Source: an uncultured Acidimicrobiia bacterium | GTDB lineage: Bacteria; Actinomycetota; Acidimicrobiia; Spongiisociales; Spongiisociaceae | Length of the DNA stretch: 58,838 nt | Direction of reading: 5' to 3' | Assembly (NCBI GenBank): GCA_964516495.1 | Contig: CAZEZF010000006.1 | Span: forward strand, 1 to 58,838 | Part shown: one piece after another, positions 1 through 10,567 of the stretch | How the letters are laid out: every line of letters starts with the position of its first letter | How positions within the stretch are numbered: the first letter of the stretch is position 1 | Program-made: the position numbers and the translations under genes | The notes under the pieces: generated by a model | What the model saw: only the letters and a program-made list of their open reading frames with translations | Databases searched by the model: none | What the model was told of the DNA's origin: nothing

Positions 1-55
1 GCGCTTGACGTGGCCTTTTCGAGGTCGGTGTGTCTGGGGCATGAAGAATTGGGGT
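1..55 (+). mobile_element. MITE-like element family 1, copy C1 (3-prime part only, cut by window start)
   Basis: Aligns with the last ~55 nt of the full-length copies at 29583-29785 and 38852-39054 (CTTGACGTGGCCTTTTCGAGGTCGGTGTGTCTGGGGCATGAAGAATTGGGG). Ends in the family terminal repeat, followed by TA. Confidence 0.8.
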
Positions 56-277
56 AAAACCGGGGATAATAGTTTGTTCGGGGGTGAGCGATCATGTTTA
101 CGCCGGCGACGAACCGCGCAACCCTCCGTTATGTCACCCCCAAGTGATATGTTCGCCATCAGATGAGTCACATAATCAAGGAAATCCGGGACCCGAGTCC
201 GGCTGCATGGGAGCGCTCGGCAGTGTCGATAACCGAAGCCAAATGAATAGCGTGAGACCCTCGTTGACAGATACTCC

Positions 278-3200
278 ATGTCTCTGGTGATCAATGTCGG
301 GTCGCATCCCGACCAGCTGGTGTCCGAGCTATGTGCGAAACTGGCTATGCCGCCGGACGATCCGTTTGTCCGGGAGGTGGTGGCGGTTCCGACGAAGGGG
401 ATCGAGCGCTGGCTAACCCAGCGGATCGCATCCCGAACGGGTCGGTCGGCCACCGGTGACGGTATCTGCGCCAACGTAGCCTTCCCTTCCCCGCGCCGAT
501 TGGTACGCCAGGCGATGGGCGCGGTTCCCGACCTGGCCGCCGCCTTGGACGCCTGGCACGGACCGCCTCTTATAGCCACTGTCTTATCGGTGGTGGATGA
601 CCACCTCGACGAAGAGTGGATGTGGTTGCTTGCCCGCTTCATCGAAGGCCCTGATGGGGCCGGTCCCGCCATTGTCGGCAACGGGCGGCGACTCCGGGCG
701 GCCCGCAAGATCGCCCGGCTATTCGGACGCTATGAACGGCGCCGCCCCGAGATGGTGCGCTCCTGGCTGGACGGTCGTGATCTCGCTCCCCACGGTCATG
801 TCCTGTCCGAGGCCAACGCATGGCAGCCACGTCTATGGAGGTTGGTCCGGGAACGTATCGGGGCGCCGGGATTGGTGGAGTTGATGCCGGAGGCCTTGCT
901 TCCCATCCGGGACGGCTCGGTCGATGTCAACCTGCCTGACCGGTTATTCGTGTACGGTCTGACCGCGGTCGATCCCCTTGATATTTCGGTGATCGAGGCG
1001 GTTGCCGCAAGACGTGACGTTGAGCTTTACCTGTTGCACGCATCGCCCGTTCTGTGGCGACAGACGCAGGCATTCTTGGCCGACCGACCTGTTAACAAGG
1101 AGATCCCGGCGAGGGCTGACGACCCGACCGCCGACCTGCCGGTCCATCCGCTGCTGCGTTCGTGGGCGCGGGAGAGTCGCGAACTCCAGTTCGTCATAGT
1201 CGGACGGAGCGCAACTTCGGGGACCTCGCCGGCCGCGCCGGAAGAATCGGCGCCCACCGGTCTGCTCGGCCTGCTTCAGCACGATATCCGTACCAACCGG
1301 GCCCCCGTCAGGGTCGAGGACCCATCCGGAGTGGGCGGCGTGACGGCCGACCGGTCCATACAGATACATGTGTGTTACGGTCCGAGGCGGCAGGTAGAGG
1401 TGCTTCGTGACGCCATCCTTCATGTGCTGGCCGCTGACCCCTCGTTGGAACCTCGTGACATCGTTATCATGACGCCGGACCTGGCCACCTTCGCTCCGCT
1501 CTTGGAGGCGGTGTTTCTCGGCCGACCTGATGACGCTACCCCGGACCTATCCGACGGCGCGACCGGCGCCATGCTCGCCCTTCCCGACCTACGCCTCCGG
1601 ATTGCGGATCGGGCGCCCGCCGTCACCAACCCGCTGGTCCGTTTCACGGCCACCGTGTTCGATCTTGTCGGGTCGAAACTGGAGGCGGGCGCGATTCGGG
1701 AGTTGGTTGCCATGCCGGTGGTAAGGCGACTGTTCGGGATAGACGAGGAGACGGCTGACGAACTCGCCCGTCTGATCGATGACATCAACGTCCGCTGGGG
1801 TCTTGACGCCGGCCACCGCGACGACTGGAGCGCGGGACCGATCAGCGATCACACCTGGATGAGAGGCCTGGATCGGGCATTGGCCGGCGTCTTCTACGCG
1901 GATAGTGAGGTCCGGGTGGTCGGCGACATCGCTCCACTTTCCGGTGTCGAAGGTACCGAGACGGAGGTAGCCGGGCTGCTCGCCCAGATTATCGACCGGA
2001 TCTCCACTGTGCGGTCGATCCTGGGCGAACCGCGACCGTTGTCGGAGTGGTCGTCGGCGGTTGCTGATGCGGTCCGCCTGCTGGCTGCTCCTGATCGGGA
2101 CAAACCGTGGCAGTGGAGTGAGCTGGAGCGTTTGCTGGCTCGAAGCTTTCCGCCCGGCGGGACGGACACCCCGGATCCCTTGATAGGGGTGGACGAGGCG
2201 CGCCTGATAGTCGATGACTGGTCGCGGGACGTTCCGAGCCCCCTGCATTTCCGGACCGGCGACATCACCGTCTGCACGCCGGCCCCCATGCGTTCGGTTC
2301 CATACCGGGTGGTGTGCCTGCTCGGAATGGATGACCAACGGTTTCCCCGCAGTAGCAGAACCGACGGTGACGATCTCTTGATCGACCATGAACTGATCGG
2401 GGATTCTGATCCGGGCGCCCAGGATCGCCAGCTTCTGCTGGATGCCCTGATGGCCGCCGGTGAATACCTGATCGTTACATACTCGGGCCGGGACGAGTTG
2501 ACCAACGCCGAGTTCCCTCCGTCTACACCGGTCGCCGAACTCCGGGATGTTGTCCACGAAATGGTAGGAGGCGAGCACTCCGACCGCTTCGTTACCTACC
2601 ATCCCCTCCAACCGTTCAGCGAGAGCAATTTCCGGCCCGGGGCGCTCAACCTTCCCGGTTCGTGGGGCTTCGATCCTGCGCAGTTTGACGGAGCGGCGGC
2701 AATCCAGCTACGCGGTTCACGGAGACCGGCCGCCCAAGTCTCTCTTCCACCTCCCGACGGTGAGATGTTCTCCGAGATCCGGCTGGACGATCTGCGGAGG
2801 TTCCTGGAGAATCCGGCCCGCGAGTTTCTCCGCCGACGGCTCGGATTCGTTATTCCGCCTCGCGGTGAGATTCCCGACGACAGCGTTCCCACGGTCCTCG
2901 ACCCCCTGAGTGAGTGGAAGGTCACCGACCGTCTCCTCTCGGGTTTGCTGAACGGACACTCCATCGAAACACTGGAAGCTCACGAAAGAGCCGACGATAC
3001 TCTCCCGTCCGGCTTCCTCGGCGCCGAGGCCCTGGCCAAGGCCAGACAGAGGGCGAGCGACCTGAGTGAGGCGGCTTCAGCGGAAGGCCATGACCCCAAC
3101 GGATTCCGGCAATATACCGCCACCGTCCGGATCGGCGGTCACAAGATCGACGGAACGGTAAGCGCTGATCCCGCCACCTCTCGGCTCGACATCGTCACAC

Positions 3201-3685
3201 CGTCTCGCCTCAAGGGGAAGCAGCGGCTCCGCGCGTTTGTGCAGGTAGTTTTCCTGTCGGCGGTCGAACCCGAAATCCCGTGGCAAGGTTTGTTGCTCGG
3301 CCGCCACGTCAGCGGCGATAAGCTCCGTCGGGTGACGATCGGGCCTATCCGAGGTAAAGGGTCGTATCGTCGAACGGAGGCGGAACGGCTTCTGTCCGGT
3401 CTGGTCGATCTCTACATCGAAGGCCTGGTAACCCCTATCCCCATGCCGTGCGAGACCTCGTACACCTGGCAGAGGAATATCGGAAGCAGTCGCAGCCGCG
3501 CGGCGGGCTTGGCCCGAGGGAAATGGGAGACCGACCGGTTCTCGCCTGAAGGGAAGGAACCGGCTCATGAGTTCCTGTTCCCTGACCTGGCCACGATGTC
3601 CGCGTTGCAGCAGAGCCCGTTTCCTGCATACGCCGAGCGGCTGTGGAGACCGGTCCTCCCGCTGTTAGGGGAAAAGTCGTTATGA
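278..3685 (+). CDS. recC: Exodeoxyribonuclease V gamma subunit (RecC-like)
   Basis: 1135-aa ORF of RecC size. Its stop overlaps the start of a RecB-type gene (ATGA at 3682-3685), which is followed by a RecD-type gene. It lacks a Walker A motif, as expected for RecC. The call rests mainly on size and operon context. Confidence 0.8.
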   Translation: MSLVINVGSHPDQLVSELCAKLAMPPDDPFVREVVAVPTKGIERWLTQRIASRTGRSATGDGICANVAFPSPRRLVRQAMGAVPDLAAALDAWHGPPLIATVLSVVDDHLDEEWMWLLARFIEGPDGAGPAIVGNGRRLRAARKIARLFGRYERRRPEMVRSWLDGRDLAPHGHVLSEANAWQPRLWRLVRERIGAPGLVELMPEALLPIRDGSVDVNLPDRLFVYGLTAVDPLDISVIEAVAARRDVELYLLHASPVLWRQTQAFLADRPVNKEIPARADDPTADLPVHPLLRSWARESRELQFVIVGRSATSGTSPAAPEESAPTGLLGLLQHDIRTNRAPVRVEDPSGVGGVTADRSIQIHVCYGPRRQVEVLRDAILHVLAADPSLEPRDIVIMTPDLATFAPLLEAVFLGRPDDATPDLSDGATGAMLALPDLRLRIADRAPAVTNPLVRFTATVFDLVGSKLEAGAIRELVAMPVVRRLFGIDEETADELARLIDDINVRWGLDAGHRDDWSAGPISDHTWMRGLDRALAGVFYADSEVRVVGDIAPLSGVEGTETEVAGLLAQIIDRISTVRSILGEPRPLSEWSSAVADAVRLLAAPDRDKPWQWSELERLLARSFPPGGTDTPDPLIGVDEARLIVDDWSRDVPSPLHFRTGDITVCTPAPMRSVPYRVVCLLGMDDQRFPRSSRTDGDDLLIDHELIGDSDPGAQDRQLLLDALMAAGEYLIVTYSGRDELTNAEFPPSTPVAELRDVVHEMVGGEHSDRFVTYHPLQPFSESNFRPGALNLPGSWGFDPAQFDGAAAIQLRGSRRPAAQVSLPPPDGEMFSEIRLDDLRRFLENPAREFLRRRLGFVIPPRGEIPDDSVPTVLDPLSEWKVTDRLLSGLLNGHSIETLEAHERADDTLPSGFLGAEALAKARQRASDLSEAASAEGHDPNGFRQYTATVRIGGHKIDGTVSADPATSRLDIVTPSRLKGKQRLRAFVQVVFLSAVEPEIPWQGLLLGRHVSGDKLRRVTIGPIRGKGSYRRTEAERLLSGLVDLYIEGLVTPIPMPCETSYTWQRNIGSSRSRAAGLARGKWETDRFSPEGKEPAHEFLFPDLATMSALQQSPFPAYAERLWRPVLPLLGEKSL

Positions 3686-6600
3686 CCGCTATCAACGCAT
3701 ACGATCCCTTCGAGCCCTTGGGTGACGGCGCCGCCATCATCGAGGCCAGCGCCGGAACCGGGAAGACCTTCACCATCGCCGCGCTGGTGACCCGCCTGGT
3801 GGCGGAGGAGGGGATTCCCCTGGATCGCATCCTGGTGGTCACCTTCACCCGCGCGGCTACGGCGGAGCTCAAGGACCGGATCAGGCGCCGGCTGGTCTCA
3901 TCCCTCCGAATGCTCCGCGATGACCCCGGGGACCGTCCCGATGATGACCACATGAAGGTGTTACAGCAGGTCGCGGGGGACAGCAAAGCCCGTTACGTCG
4001 ATCGGCTGGACAAGGCTCTCACCCACTTTGATCAGGCCCAGATATTCACCATCCACGGCTTCACCAGCCGCCTGCTGAGCAAACTCGGATTCAGATCTCG
4101 CATATCTGAGGACGTTGAACCGGGGGAGATCGATGAGATGATCTTGAGGAGTACCGCGGCCGACTTGGTGGTTCGTCACTTCGGGGTGACTCAGCCGGAT
4201 CATCCGGGGGGCGCCGTCAATCTGGAGGATCTGATCGAAATAGGCAAGACCATCGTGGCCACTCCTGACGCCCGGCTCGTCCCGGCCCCGACCGGGGCGG
4301 ATGATGCTGTCAAGCAGCGGGTGGAGTTGGCGCAGGAGTTGGATGCGCTGCTGGCTCGGCGCCGGCGGGCGCGGGGAATGGTCACCTTCGACGATACCCT
4401 TGTGGAGGCCCGCGACACGTTGACCGACCCACGGGTGGGAGACGCCGCCCGAGAACTGCTGGAGCGTCGATACTCCATTGCCCTGATCGACGAAGCCCAG
4501 GACACCGATCCGATCCAGTGGCAGATTCTGCGAGCGGTGTTCGATCGGTCCAGGCTGGTCGTTATCGGTGATCCGAAACAGTCTATCTACGCATTTAGAG
4601 GCGCCGATATCGAGTCCTACCTGTCGGCGGTACAGCGGGCCGTCGCCCAACGTACCCTGGAGACCAACTGGCGAAGTGACGGCCCTTTGGTCGCCGCTCT
4701 CGACACCTTGCTCGCCGGCGCTACGTTCGGCGATCACCGCATCGGTTATCGCCCTGTCCGTGCAGCCCACGGGAATCAGGGCAGTTGTCTATCCGGAGTG
4801 GGCGCTCCGCTCGAAATCCGTCGTTTCTCCGACGCGTTTCCACTGCCCCGCAGGCGATGGGATCGTTTCTTCTACATCCAGCCCGCGAGGGAGGCGGTCG
4901 CACGCGACCTGGTTTCCGAGATTGTGCGACTTCTGACCTCCGAGGCCCGCCTGATCGAAAATACCGGCGCTCGACCCGTCGGACCCGGTGATATAGCCGT
5001 ACTCTGCCGCACCGGAAGGCAGGTGGAAACGGTCAGGGAGGCTCTTCGAGCCGGTGGTGTGCCGTCCGTCGTAGCGCGAACCGGGAGTGTCTTCGCGACT
5101 GCGGCGGCCGAGCAGTGGCGGCGTTTCCTACTGGCGGCGGAAAGACCGAGCCGCCCCGGGTACCTGCGTCTAGCCGCCACCTCCGTGCTGGTCGGTATGA
5201 CCCCCCGCCGGATAGCGGACTTGGAGGACGACGCGATCCTGGCTCTCCAGCAACGCTTTATCGGATGGCAGTCCCTCATGCACAACCATGGAGTGCCTGC
5301 CATGTTCGCCGAGGTCGTCCGAACCACATCCCTCACCTCTCGGGTGCTGGCGGGGGAGGGGGGTGAGCGGATGCTGACCGATCTCAATCACATCGCCGAG
5401 GAGTTGCACTCGGCTTGGCGAAGGGGACGGATCGGTTCCCTGGTGGTGTGGATTGAACGGGCGATGGAGGATGCGGTCCGGAAAGCCGAATCCGGGGTCG
5501 AGGACGTCGAGTCTCGGCAGCGGCGCCTCGACACGGACGCCGCCGCGGTCCAGGTATTGACTATCCATGCGGCCAAGGGTCTGGAGTTTCCGATCGTGAT
5601 GGTTCCCTACCTTTGGGACATGCCCCGGATCACGCCCCGCGTTCCGGTGTTCCACGACCCGGCGCCGGCGCCCCTCGGCGAGCCGAAGGGACGCCTTATC
5701 GATGTAGGCGGTCGTGACTCGCCCCACTTCGATACCCACAAGGAGTTGGCTATGGAGGAGGAAACGGCGGAGGAGGGCCGCTTGCTATATGTGGCCCTGA
5801 CCCGGGCCAAGCATCGGTTGGTCGCCTGGTGGATCGAGAATACGGAACATGCGAAAAGGAGCAAGTTCAGTTACCTACTAACCGAAGCCGGCGAGCCCGG
5901 ACGTGAGGTCGAGCGGCTTATCGAGAGGTCTCGCGGGACGATCAGCCAGACGATCCTCGACACGCCTCAACCTGTCGTTCCCTACAATCCGGACGACCGG
6001 ACCGAACACAGCTTGCTACGAGCGGGCTTCGACCGCACCCTCGACTACGAATGGCGAAGGGTCTCCTTCTCGTCTTTGTCGCCCGACCGTCCCTTGGAAG
6101 GCGGAATCGATACGGCGGAGGAACCCGACCGGATAGACGAGGTAGATGATGGTCCGGCGGCGACCGGTACCGGCGGCGTATCCTTGATGGCGGACCTCCC
6201 CAGAGGCCCGCGTTTCGGGTCCTTCGTGCATCGGGTTCTTCAGGAGGTTCCCTTTGACGCGCCCGATCTCCCGGGGACCCTTGCGTCCGAGCTAGACCGC
6301 CTCACCGGACAATCGTCCTGGAACTTCGATGCAGACGCTTTCGTGAGGGCGATGATTGCCGTTCTGGAGACGCCGCTGGGCGCCCGCGACGACGATCCCT
6401 CTCTGCGTGATCTGGATGGTCGTAAGATTCTCAAGGAGTTGGAATTCGAGCTACCTCTGCGCGCCCGCGACTCTGCTATATCGTTGCCGGACCTCGCGGA
6501 GGTCGCCCTGGAGTATTTGAACGATGACGACCCGCACCGCCCCTACTTCTCTCGCCTCGGTTCTATTGACCCGTACCGATTCCGGGGGTTCATGGCCGGC

Positions 6601-6984
6601 GCCATCGACATCGTAACCGTCCTGCCCGGTCCGAAGTGTGAACGCTATGTGGTGATGGACTTCAAGTCGAACACCCTTCCGTCACCGGGTGACCAACCTG
6701 ACGCGACCGACTACGGACCGACCGCCCTTGTAGACGCCATGCATCACGGCAACTATGTACTTCAGGCGTTGCTGTATCAGGTGGCGCTTCATCGTTATCT
6801 CCGACTCAGGCTTGCCGGATACGATCCGAACCTTCACATGGGTGGATCCGACTATCTGTTCATGCGAGGCATGATCGGGTCCGGAACACCCGTTGTAGAA
6901 GGTGAACGATGTGGGGTGTCCCGGTGGCGCCCGCCGGTGGATCTGATCGTAGCCGTGAGCGATCTATTCGCAGGTCACCGATGA
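3682..6984 (+). CDS. recB: Exodeoxyribonuclease V beta subunit (RecB; UvrD-type helicase plus PD-(D/E)XK nuclease)
   Basis: Walker A IEASAGTGKTFTIAALV and motif II ALIDEAQDTDP. C-terminal RecB-family nuclease motifs GAIDIV, VVMDFKSN and LQALLYQVALHRYL. Start placed at ATG 3682, which overlaps the recC stop; the ORF track allows 3643. Confidence 0.9.
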   Translation: MTAINAYDPFEPLGDGAAIIEASAGTGKTFTIAALVTRLVAEEGIPLDRILVVTFTRAATAELKDRIRRRLVSSLRMLRDDPGDRPDDDHMKVLQQVAGDSKARYVDRLDKALTHFDQAQIFTIHGFTSRLLSKLGFRSRISEDVEPGEIDEMILRSTAADLVVRHFGVTQPDHPGGAVNLEDLIEIGKTIVATPDARLVPAPTGADDAVKQRVELAQELDALLARRRRARGMVTFDDTLVEARDTLTDPRVGDAARELLERRYSIALIDEAQDTDPIQWQILRAVFDRSRLVVIGDPKQSIYAFRGADIESYLSAVQRAVAQRTLETNWRSDGPLVAALDTLLAGATFGDHRIGYRPVRAAHGNQGSCLSGVGAPLEIRRFSDAFPLPRRRWDRFFYIQPAREAVARDLVSEIVRLLTSEARLIENTGARPVGPGDIAVLCRTGRQVETVREALRAGGVPSVVARTGSVFATAAAEQWRRFLLAAERPSRPGYLRLAATSVLVGMTPRRIADLEDDAILALQQRFIGWQSLMHNHGVPAMFAEVVRTTSLTSRVLAGEGGERMLTDLNHIAEELHSAWRRGRIGSLVVWIERAMEDAVRKAESGVEDVESRQRRLDTDAAAVQVLTIHAAKGLEFPIVMVPYLWDMPRITPRVPVFHDPAPAPLGEPKGRLIDVGGRDSPHFDTHKELAMEEETAEEGRLLYVALTRAKHRLVAWWIENTEHAKRSKFSYLLTEAGEPGREVERLIERSRGTISQTILDTPQPVVPYNPDDRTEHSLLRAGFDRTLDYEWRRVSFSSLSPDRPLEGGIDTAEEPDRIDEVDDGPAATGTGGVSLMADLPRGPRFGSFVHRVLQEVPFDAPDLPGTLASELDRLTGQSSWNFDADAFVRAMIAVLETPLGARDDDPSLRDLDGRKILKELEFELPLRARDSAISLPDLAEVALEYLNDDDPHRPYFSRLGSIDPYRFRGFMAGAIDIVTVLPGPKCERYVVMDFKSNTLPSPGDQPDATDYGPTALVDAMHHGNYVLQALLYQVALHRYLRLRLAGYDPNLHMGGSDYLFMRGMIGSGTPVVEGERCGVSRWRPPVDLIVAVSDLFAGHR

Positions 6985-8858
6985 CCCTGACCGACCGGAT
7001 CAAGGCGGCAACCGCCCATCCGGGGGTGGTGGTCGGCGTTTCCGGTCTGGCCGCATCATTCAACGACGAAGGCGTGCTGTCTCCTCTCGACGTTCACGCC
7101 GCGACCACGATGGCGCGGGTTATGGGAGAGACCGATGAATCAGTGGTACTGGCGGCTGCCTTGGCGGTGCGAGGCGCCAGGTTCGGGCATGTGTGCATCG
7201 ACCTCGAAAGCATGCGGGAATCAATGGTGGTCGAGGGACAGCCGCCCGAGGTGCTGGAGGGTTTGCCATGGCCGGATCCTCACGACTGGCCGGCGCGGGT
7301 CGCCGCCGGACCGATGGTTGGAGACGGCCGGGGTGAGGAACCGTTGGTGATGGTGGAGGGTCGTCTCTATATGGAACGTTACTACCGGTACGAGAACCGG
7401 CTGGTAGAGCTGCTTGGTGCCAGGGTCGCCACTCCGGAGATTCTTCTCGCTCCCGGGGTTCGAACGGCGCTGGACACCCTGTTTCCTCCGACGCCGGACA
7501 ACAGCCCGAATCGCCAGCTGACCGCGGCGGAGACCGCTCTACGAAGTCGGTTGACGGTGATAGCCGGTGGTCCCGGTACGGGTAAGACCTACACGGTGGT
7601 CAGGATGCTCGCGGCCCTGGCCCACCACCCGGATAGTTTTCCTCGGGTGGCTCTGTGCGCGCCGACCGGCAAGGCCGCGGCCCGCCTGAATGAAGTGGTC
7701 GAGGAATACGCCTCCGAAGCCTCCGATCCTCTGGTCCGGCGCCGGATGGAGAACCTGCAGATCAGCACCATCCATCGGCTTCTGGGGTGGGCGCGAGGGC
7801 GAGGTAGATTTCTTCATAACGAAGGCAACCTCCTCCCCCACGATATGGTGATAATCGACGAGTTGTCGATGGTGTCGCTACCGCTGGCCGTCAAGTTGAT
7901 CACCGCGATACGCTCCGACGCCAAGTTGGTGTTGGCGGGTGATCCCTTCCAACTCAAGTCCATCGAGGCGGGCACCGTTCTCGGCGATATTGTGGGTCCG
8001 GCGCAGGGAACCCCGTATCCGAGTCGACCGGCGGATGAACCAGGAACCGCGCCCCTGGCTAAGCGGGTGGTGACTTTGCAACGGGTGCATCGTTTTGACG
8101 AGCAGGGGCCGATAGCGGACTTCGCCGACGCGGTACGGACCGGCGAAGCCGACCAGGCGGTTCGACTGCTGCGAAGCGGCGCCCGATCGGTAGGTTGGGT
8201 CGAGGACCGGACCGGAGCGTCCTTCCGCCGATTGACGGAGCGGTTGACGGCGCACCGGGTTCGGTTGGTTGAGCTTGCATCCGAACCGGGAAACGAGGGA
8301 GCGGCGCTCGCCGCCTTGAACGAGTTGGCGGTGTTGTGCGCCCATCGGGAAGGTCCGGGGAGCGCCGACCAGTGGCGCCGGGACATCGAGACGGCTCTTG
8401 ACGAGAGGTTCCCAGGGCTTCGTTACGGGGGGGAGTGGTATCCGGGGCGGCCTCTTATGATCACGGCCAACGACTACACCCTTGATCTCTACAACGGGGA
8501 TATGGGTGTGGTAGTGCGCACCGCGGAAGGGCTAAGGGCGGTCTTCGAGCGGGGGGGATTACGCAGTTATCCGCCCGGTTACCTGGGGGATCATTCCACC
8601 GTCCACGCCCTGACCATCCATAAGAGCCAAGGGTCCCAGTTTGCCGAAGTGGTGGTCTCGCTTCCTTCCGAGGAATCCAGGTTGCTCACCCGGGAACTTC
8701 TGTATACGGCGGTCACCAGAGCCTCCCGCCGGGTCACGATCGTGGGGGAGTCGTCCGTGATCCGGGTGGCGGTGGATCGCTCGGTCCAGCGCGCCTCCGG
8801 GTTACGAGCGACGTTATGGGGTGAGGCCGCCGATCCGGTGATCGAGCGTCGGAAGTGA
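6981..8858 (+). CDS. recD: Exodeoxyribonuclease V alpha subunit (RecD, SF1B helicase)
   Basis: Walker A IAGGPGTGKTYTV, motif II VIIDELSMV, and C-terminal LTIHKSQGSQF and LLYTAVTRA. Start placed at ATG 6981, which overlaps the recB stop (ATGA); the ORF track allows 6909. Confidence 0.9.
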   Translation: MTLTDRIKAATAHPGVVVGVSGLAASFNDEGVLSPLDVHAATTMARVMGETDESVVLAAALAVRGARFGHVCIDLESMRESMVVEGQPPEVLEGLPWPDPHDWPARVAAGPMVGDGRGEEPLVMVEGRLYMERYYRYENRLVELLGARVATPEILLAPGVRTALDTLFPPTPDNSPNRQLTAAETALRSRLTVIAGGPGTGKTYTVVRMLAALAHHPDSFPRVALCAPTGKAAARLNEVVEEYASEASDPLVRRRMENLQISTIHRLLGWARGRGRFLHNEGNLLPHDMVIIDELSMVSLPLAVKLITAIRSDAKLVLAGDPFQLKSIEAGTVLGDIVGPAQGTPYPSRPADEPGTAPLAKRVVTLQRVHRFDEQGPIADFADAVRTGEADQAVRLLRSGARSVGWVEDRTGASFRRLTERLTAHRVRLVELASEPGNEGAALAALNELAVLCAHREGPGSADQWRRDIETALDERFPGLRYGGEWYPGRPLMITANDYTLDLYNGDMGVVVRTAEGLRAVFERGGLRSYPPGYLGDHSTVHALTIHKSQGSQFAEVVVSLPSEESRLLTRELLYTAVTRASRRVTIVGESSVIRVAVDRSVQRASGLRATLWGEAADPVIERRK

Positions 8859-10444
8859 TAGAACCGGAGAATCCGACGACCACCGCCCTCGCCAAGGCCA
8901 ACCGTCGGCGTTCTGACCTCGATGCCCTGCGGGGATTCGCGATGTTGTTGGGGATCGGACTCCATACGGCGCTGAGCTTCTTTCCGTCAGCGTGGTGGGT
9001 GCGGGACCGCACGGCCGACTTCGGGGGATTGTTCGACGAGTTCCTGTGGGCGGTTCATGGGTTCCGTATGCCGGTGTTCTTCTTGATGAGCGGCTTCTTC
9101 ACTGCTCTGTTGTGGCGCCGCCGCGGCCTGCCTGCCCTTCTGAGGCATCGGCTGCGAAGGGTTGGATTGCCATTGCTCATCGGGATGATCACGATCGTTC
9201 CGTTGACAGGTTTGGTAGGTAGCTGGGCCACCCGGTCTGCTTCGTCGCCTCAGGCAGCGGACGACGATGTTTTCGCCCACGTATTTCTCGGCGATGTTCA
9301 TGCGGTCGAGGAGATGCTCATCGAAGGGATCGATGTAAACCTGCGCAGCGAGCCGGGTGGTTGGACACTTCTTCATGCGGCGGCTCTGGTCGGCGACACC
9401 GAGATGATGGAGTTGCTGCTCTCCAATGGAGCTGAACCGGCGCCGGTCGCCGCCGCTTCGGAAGGGGAGACGCCGCTGGGCGTAGCCTTCCACTACGGTA
9501 ACGAAGAGGCCGCCGACCTGCTGGTGGCGTATCGGGGCGGAGATCCTTTGCCTGACGGCGTGGTCTGGTCGGACATTCCGGGCTGGGGTGACGGGGCCGC
9601 CGACATCGACGAAACCGATGAGCCTGCTATCGGCTCAGACGTCATGGACCTGGTAGCCCGATTCCATCACCTGTGGTTCCTGTGGTTCCTACTGTGGCTG
9701 GTAGCCGGGTTCGCGCTGGTGGCCCTGATAGTCGACCGCAGACCTCCTCGGGGCGGCGGGCCGGGCGCCGTGCAATCCGGGCTCAGGATGCGACCGGCGA
9801 CACCCGGTCGGATAATGTGGTCGATGGTTCCGCTGACCCTCGTCCCTCAGCTCTTTATGGGTCGGTTCGGTACATACCCGGTATTCGGGCCGGACACGTC
9901 CGACGGGTTCATCCCGGTTCCTCATATCCTCGCCTACTACGCCGCCTTCTTTACGTTCGGCGTTCTGATGTTCCGCCGGAAAGGTAGTAGCGGCGCCCTC
10001 CTGTCCGACACTATCGGAGGACGGTGGTGGCTGTATCTGCCGATAACAATGCTGGTGGTGTTTCCGGCGGGCCTCAGCTTCACCTTCGATCCGATCTGGT
10101 TTTCCTGGCCCGTGGCTTCGATGCTGCAGGTCGCCTACGCGTGGGGAATGTGCTTCGGGTTGATCGGGCTGTTCCGGGCGCTGCTTCGGAAGGAACGGCG
10201 GGGAGTCCGTTACTTATCCGATTCCTCTTACTGGCTGTACCTGATCCATCTACCGGTGGTGATAGCAGCACAGGTGATCGTCCGGGATTGGGACCTACCC
10301 GCAGAGGTCAAGTTCGTGGTTATATGCGTAGGCGTAACCGCCCTGCTGCTCGCCGGTTATCAGCTGTTCGTGCGGTACACCCCTATCGGGACGTTGCTGA
10401 ACGGCAAGAAGGTACGCTCCGGTCGGCCTGGATCAGACAGATGA
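8855..10444 (+). CDS. Acyltransferase-3 family membrane protein with an inserted ankyrin-repeat module
   Basis: N-terminus DALRGFAMLLGIGLHTALSF plus multiple hydrophobic helices is typical of the acyltransferase_3/OpgC-OafA family. A soluble insert carries about 3 ankyrin-like repeats (GWTLLHAAALVGDTEMMELLLSNGAEP; GETPLGVAFHYGNEEAADLLV). The GTG start overlaps the recD stop (GTGA at 8855-8858). Confidence 0.75.
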   Translation: MIEPENPTTTALAKANRRRSDLDALRGFAMLLGIGLHTALSFFPSAWWVRDRTADFGGLFDEFLWAVHGFRMPVFFLMSGFFTALLWRRRGLPALLRHRLRRVGLPLLIGMITIVPLTGLVGSWATRSASSPQAADDDVFAHVFLGDVHAVEEMLIEGIDVNLRSEPGGWTLLHAAALVGDTEMMELLLSNGAEPAPVAAASEGETPLGVAFHYGNEEAADLLVAYRGGDPLPDGVVWSDIPGWGDGAADIDETDEPAIGSDVMDLVARFHHLWFLWFLLWLVAGFALVALIVDRRPPRGGGPGAVQSGLRMRPATPGRIMWSMVPLTLVPQLFMGRFGTYPVFGPDTSDGFIPVPHILAYYAAFFTFGVLMFRRKGSSGALLSDTIGGRWWLYLPITMLVVFPAGLSFTFDPIWFSWPVASMLQVAYAWGMCFGLIGLFRALLRKERRGVRYLSDSSYWLYLIHLPVVIAAQVIVRDWDLPAEVKFVVICVGVTALLLAGYQLFVRYTPIGTLLNGKKVRSGRPGSDR

Positions 10445-10567
10445 CGATAGGTTGCAGCCACCCCACGGAAGGCCGGCAGTCGGTTTCCATCGTCCTGTGA
10501 AGGACGTATCTACCTGGTAGGCCGGGGCGGCGCGATGACCTTGCACCTCGGTCCCGGCGATCTACTA

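Noticed and set aside
84-290. 68-aa ORF between MITE copy C1 and recC.
   Set aside because: It has no motif, overlaps the recC start, and its composition is unlike neighbouring genes. This is probably a non-coding leader or promoter region for recC.
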